From Octopus sinensis (lineage: Eukaryota), in assembly GCF_006345805.1 (NCBI RefSeq), contig NW_021827668.1, positions 1 to 11,180 on the forward strand: a stretch of 11,180 bases of DNA, given 5' to 3'. The position numbers and the translations under genes were made by a program. Shown here piece after piece: positions 8,054 through 11,180 of this stretch. Numbering within the stretch: the first letter of the stretch is position 1; each line of letters opens with the position of its first letter. The notes under the pieces are model-generated. The model was not told where the DNA came from and did not search any database. It worked only from the letters and a program-made list of their open reading frames with translations.

Positions 8054-8310
8054 ATCTAAACCATGCTTTAATGTAAAAAAAAAACAAAAAAAAACATATG
8101 TATATATATATATATACATATATATATTTAAATATGTATGTATAATATATATCTATATGTATATATACATATACATTTGTATATATACATATACATATAT
8201 ATATATATATATATTTATATAATACTGATATAGAATGAGTAAAGAGTAAATAGTATTTGCAATATGAAAATCAGAATAAAGACTGAAGAAAAATCTGCTT
8301 TAAGCAATAT

Positions 8311-9041
8311 TGAAAAGTCCCTCAACTATCGCGGGTGTTATGTTCCAAGCTCACTGCAATCTTTCGACTATCACGGGCGTTACGTTCCAAACCCCCCCCC
8401 CCGCGATAGGTGATAATTCGCGAAGCATAAACAGTACTGTACTCTTTACTCTTTTTACTCTTTTACTTGTTTCAGTCATTTGACTGCGGCCATGCTGGAG
8501 CACCGCCTGTAGTCGAGCAACTCGACCCCGGGACTTATTCTTTTGTAAGCCCAGTACTTATTCTATCGGTCTCTTTTGCCGAACCGCTAAGTAACGGAGA
8601 CATAAACACACCAGCATCGGTTGTCAAGCAATGCTAGGGGGACAAACACAGACACACAAACACACACGCACATATATATATACATACATACGACGGGCTT
8701 CTTTCAGTTTCCGTCTACCAAATCCACTCATAAGGCATTGGTCGGCCCGGGGCTATAGTAGAAGACACTTGCCCAAGATGCCACGCAGTGGGACTGAACC
8801 CGGAACCATGTGGTTGGTTAGCAAGCTACTTACTACACAGCCACTCCTGCGTCTATATATATATAATGTATATATTTTTATTATTTTATAATTTGTATAT
8901 GTTTATATTATTATAAATGTAAAACAACACGACGGAGGATTCGACGTAGGCTTAAATAATAAACCGCGATAGGTGAACCGTGATACGTGAACCACGATAG
9001 GTAAATCGCGATAAGTGAACTGATATGGCGAGGGATTACTG
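8311..9041. mobile_element. Non-autonomous pogo/Tigger-like (Tc1/mariner superfamily) MITE interrupted by a family-A SINE; left end duplicated and decayed
   Basis: Right end ...GGCGAGGGATTACTG|TA (reverse complement TA|CAGTAATCCCTC). Left termini AAGTCCCTCAACTATC and CACTGCAATCTTTCGACTATC resemble it. Four 14-bp subterminal repeats (CGCGATAGGTGAAC) at 8965-9020. Confidence 0.7.
8441..8854 (-). mobile_element. Family-A tRNA-derived CORE-like SINE, full length
   Basis: Minus strand: AGACGCAGGAGTGGCTGTGTAG (A-box), GGTTCAGTCCC (B-box), CTTGGGCAAGT (matches the CORE-SINE domain as recalled), internal microsatellite and an (AAAAGAGT)-like tail. Confidence 0.92.
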
Positions 9042-9461
9042 TATATATAAATTCTACACATTGAGTATTTTTCATAAGCATGTATATGTGTGTAAGTGCT
9101 GTGTGTGCGTGTGTGTGAGTATAGATACACACATACATACCGCTCATTCTATATCACTATTATATAAATATATATATATATATGTATGTATATGTATATA
9201 TACAAATGTATATGTATATATACATATAGATATATATTATACATACATATGTAATATATATATATATACATATATATATTTAAATATGTATGTATAATAT
9301 ATATCTATTGTATATATACATATACATTTGTATATATACATATACATATATATATATATATATATTTATATAATACTGATATAGAATGAGTAAAGGTAAA
9401 ATAGTATTTGCAATATGAAAATCAGAATAAAGACTGAAGAAAAATCTGCTTTAAGCAATAT

Positions 9462-10200
9462 TGAAAAGTCCCTCAACTATCGCGGGTGTTATGTTCCAAG
9501 CTCACTGCAATCTTTCGACTATCACGGGCGTTACGTTCCAAACCCCCCCCCCCGCGATAGGTGATAATTCGCGAAGCATAAACAGTACTGTACTCTTACT
9601 CTTTTTACTCTTTTACTTGTTTCAGTCATTGACTGCGGCCATGCTGGAGCACCGCCTGTAATCGAGCAACTCGACCCCGGGACTATTCTTTTGTAAGCCC
9701 AGTAAGTACTTATTCTATCGGTCCTTTTGCCGAACCGCTAAGTAACGGAGACATAAACACACCAGCATCGGTTGTCAAGCAATGCTAGGGGGACAAACAC
9801 AGACACACAAAAACACACAGCACAATATATATACAATACATACGACGGGCTTCTTTCAGTTTCCGTCTACCAAATCCACACATCATAAGGCATTGGTCGG
9901 CCCGGGGGCTATAGTAGAAGACACTTGCCCAAGATGCCACGCAGTGGGACTGAACCCGGAACCATGTGGTTGGTAGCAAGTACTTATACACAGCCACTCC
10001 TGCGTCTATATATATAATGTATATATTTTTATTATTTTATAATTTGTATATGTTATATTATTATAAATGTTAAAACAACACGACGACGGAGGATTCGACG
10101 TAGGCTTAAATAAATAATAAACCGCGATAGGTGAACCGTGATACGTGAACCACGATAGGTAAATCGCGATAAGTGAACTGATATGGCGAGGGGATTACTG
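9462..10200. mobile_element. Second (duplicated) copy of the pogo/Tigger-like MITE
   Basis: Colinear with 8311-9041, with small indels. Confidence 0.7.
9592..10007 (-). mobile_element. Second (duplicated) copy of the family-A SINE
   Basis: Colinear with 8441-8854, with multiple 1-4 nt indels. Confidence 0.9.
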
Positions 10201-10419
10201 ATATATATAAATTCTACACATTGAGTATTTTTCATAAGCATGTAATGTGTGTAAGTGCTGTGTGTATGTGGTTGTGTGGTATATTGGGGTGAGTTATAGA
10301 TACAACATACATAACCGCTCATTCTATATCACTATTATATAAAAATATATAATATATGTATGTATATGTATATATACAAATGTATATGTATATAACATAT
10401 AGATATATATGAATACATA

Positions 10420-10554
10420 TGTAAATATATATATTATATACATATGCATATATGTATATAATATGTATGTATGCAACTATCTATCTATGTATAATATATA
10501 ATAAAATATATATTATAGAGAGAGAGAGAGAGAGAAAGAGAGAAATACTAAGAA

Positions 10555-10585
<31 letters not shown>

Positions 10586-10790
10586 ATGTAACATATACAT
10601 ATATATATGCGTGTAATTATGTATACATATATATATCGCCTTTCAATGGTTTTTGTGATACGCACACATGCCCGTGTGAATGTATAATATATGAATGCAT
10701 GTATTATGTATTATGTATTATGTATGTATGTATGTATGCCTGTATGCATGTATTATGTATGTATGTATGCATGCATGTATGTATGTATTG
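10420..10790. repeat. Compound (TA)n/(GA)n/(TATG)n low-complexity region
   Basis: Read directly; boundaries approximate. Confidence 0.85.
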
Positions 10791-10809
10791 GAATCAATGT
10801 AACAAGTTC

Positions 10810-11180
10810 TAAACAAGCCTGGTCATTGCCACGCCAGACTGTATATATTTCCTATAACAAAGTGCTTTTGGCTATGTTTGGGCTTATCAAACGATACTCT
10901 TATAAAATATACGTTTTTAGTAAACAATGTGAAATCAGATGCAAACAGTTTGAGGAGACAGCTTGCTTGATACTGTTAGCGCTGTTTGTTAGTTTTGAAA
11001 TATTATGCCAGGCTGGAACTGTGGTTGTTTGCTTCGAGAGCCAGGGTTTATGATTTGTGTGGCTGCTTTGGTTAGTATGGTGTGCATTCGAGATAATAGT
11101 GAAACAGAGAAGTATTCTCTTTGGCAGGCCAAATCTGGAACCTTGTTTAGATTCTGGGATAACATTCAAACCCTTGAGAA
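10810..11180 (-). pseudogene. Possible very degenerate LINE (CR1/Jockey-like) ORF2 reverse-transcriptase fragment
   Basis: Frameshifted minus-strand pieces LSQNLNKVPDLACQREYF, NPGSRSKQPQFQP, TVSSKL and HLISH loosely recall the pre-RT motif LS..L.KLFN.C..E..FP...N.GERS.P..YRP...ISK....HLISHL. Weak match made by eye. Confidence 0.25.

Larger units (their letters stand above)
8132..9250. repeat. ~108-bp near-identical inverted repeats (8132-8239 / 9143-9250) bounding a composite cassette
   Basis: The unique core TATATAATA(C/G)TGATATAGAATGAG and the interruptions of the compound microsatellite (CAAATG, TAGATA, TTATAC) are mirrored. Differences: one substitution and microsatellite length changes. 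Confidence 0.9.
8094..10413. repeat. Direct tandem duplication with a ~1151-bp period (copy 1: 8094-9244; copy 2: 9245-~10413)
   Basis: AATACTGATATAGAATG at 8221 and 9372, with end-to-end colinearity. Differences are almost all 1-4 nt indels. Confidence 0.95.

Noticed and set aside
3325-8854. tRNA-like A/B-box segments considered as tRNA genes
   Set aside because: No complete cloverleaf, and they continue into shared SINE bodies present in multiple copies.
8965-9020. Four 14-bp direct repeats considered as a CRISPR- or iteron-like array
   Set aside because: Contiguous with no spacers, in a eukaryotic context, and subterminal to a TA-flanked transposon end.
7286-10322. ORFs overlapping family-A SINE and MITE copies (e.g. 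7286-7747, 8631-8891, 9782-9976)
   Set aside because: Chance open frames in repeats. The same peptides recur only because the repeats do.
10691-11169. ORFs 10691-11053 (+) and 10900-11169 (-) as intact genes
   Set aside because: The first starts in (TATG)n, and neither has recognisable domains or convincing splice support.

Overview
AT-rich, microsatellite-dense eukaryotic non-coding DNA with no confidently identifiable protein-coding gene. The supplied ORFs are simple repeats or SINEs read in frame. The repeat families resemble, from memory, those of octopus genomes (inference, not searched). Contents: three tRNA-derived SINE families (A, B, C), two SINE-derived tandem arrays, a hAT Buster/Charlie-type MITE and a pogo/Tigger-like MITE each interrupted by a family-A SINE, several fold-back palindromes next to (TA)n/(CA)n tracts, and a 1.15-kb tandem duplication whose second copy shows an indel pattern typical of sequencing error. 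The most interesting signals are (i) a minimal type I hammerhead-ribozyme fold with a variant core at 2493-2528, (ii) a head-to-head pair of decayed hammerhead-like motifs at 6544-6623, and (iii) a composite MITE+SINE cassette bounded by ~108-bp near-identical inverted repeats (8132-9250). A 51-nt candidate exon or start-codon island lies at 1155-1205.
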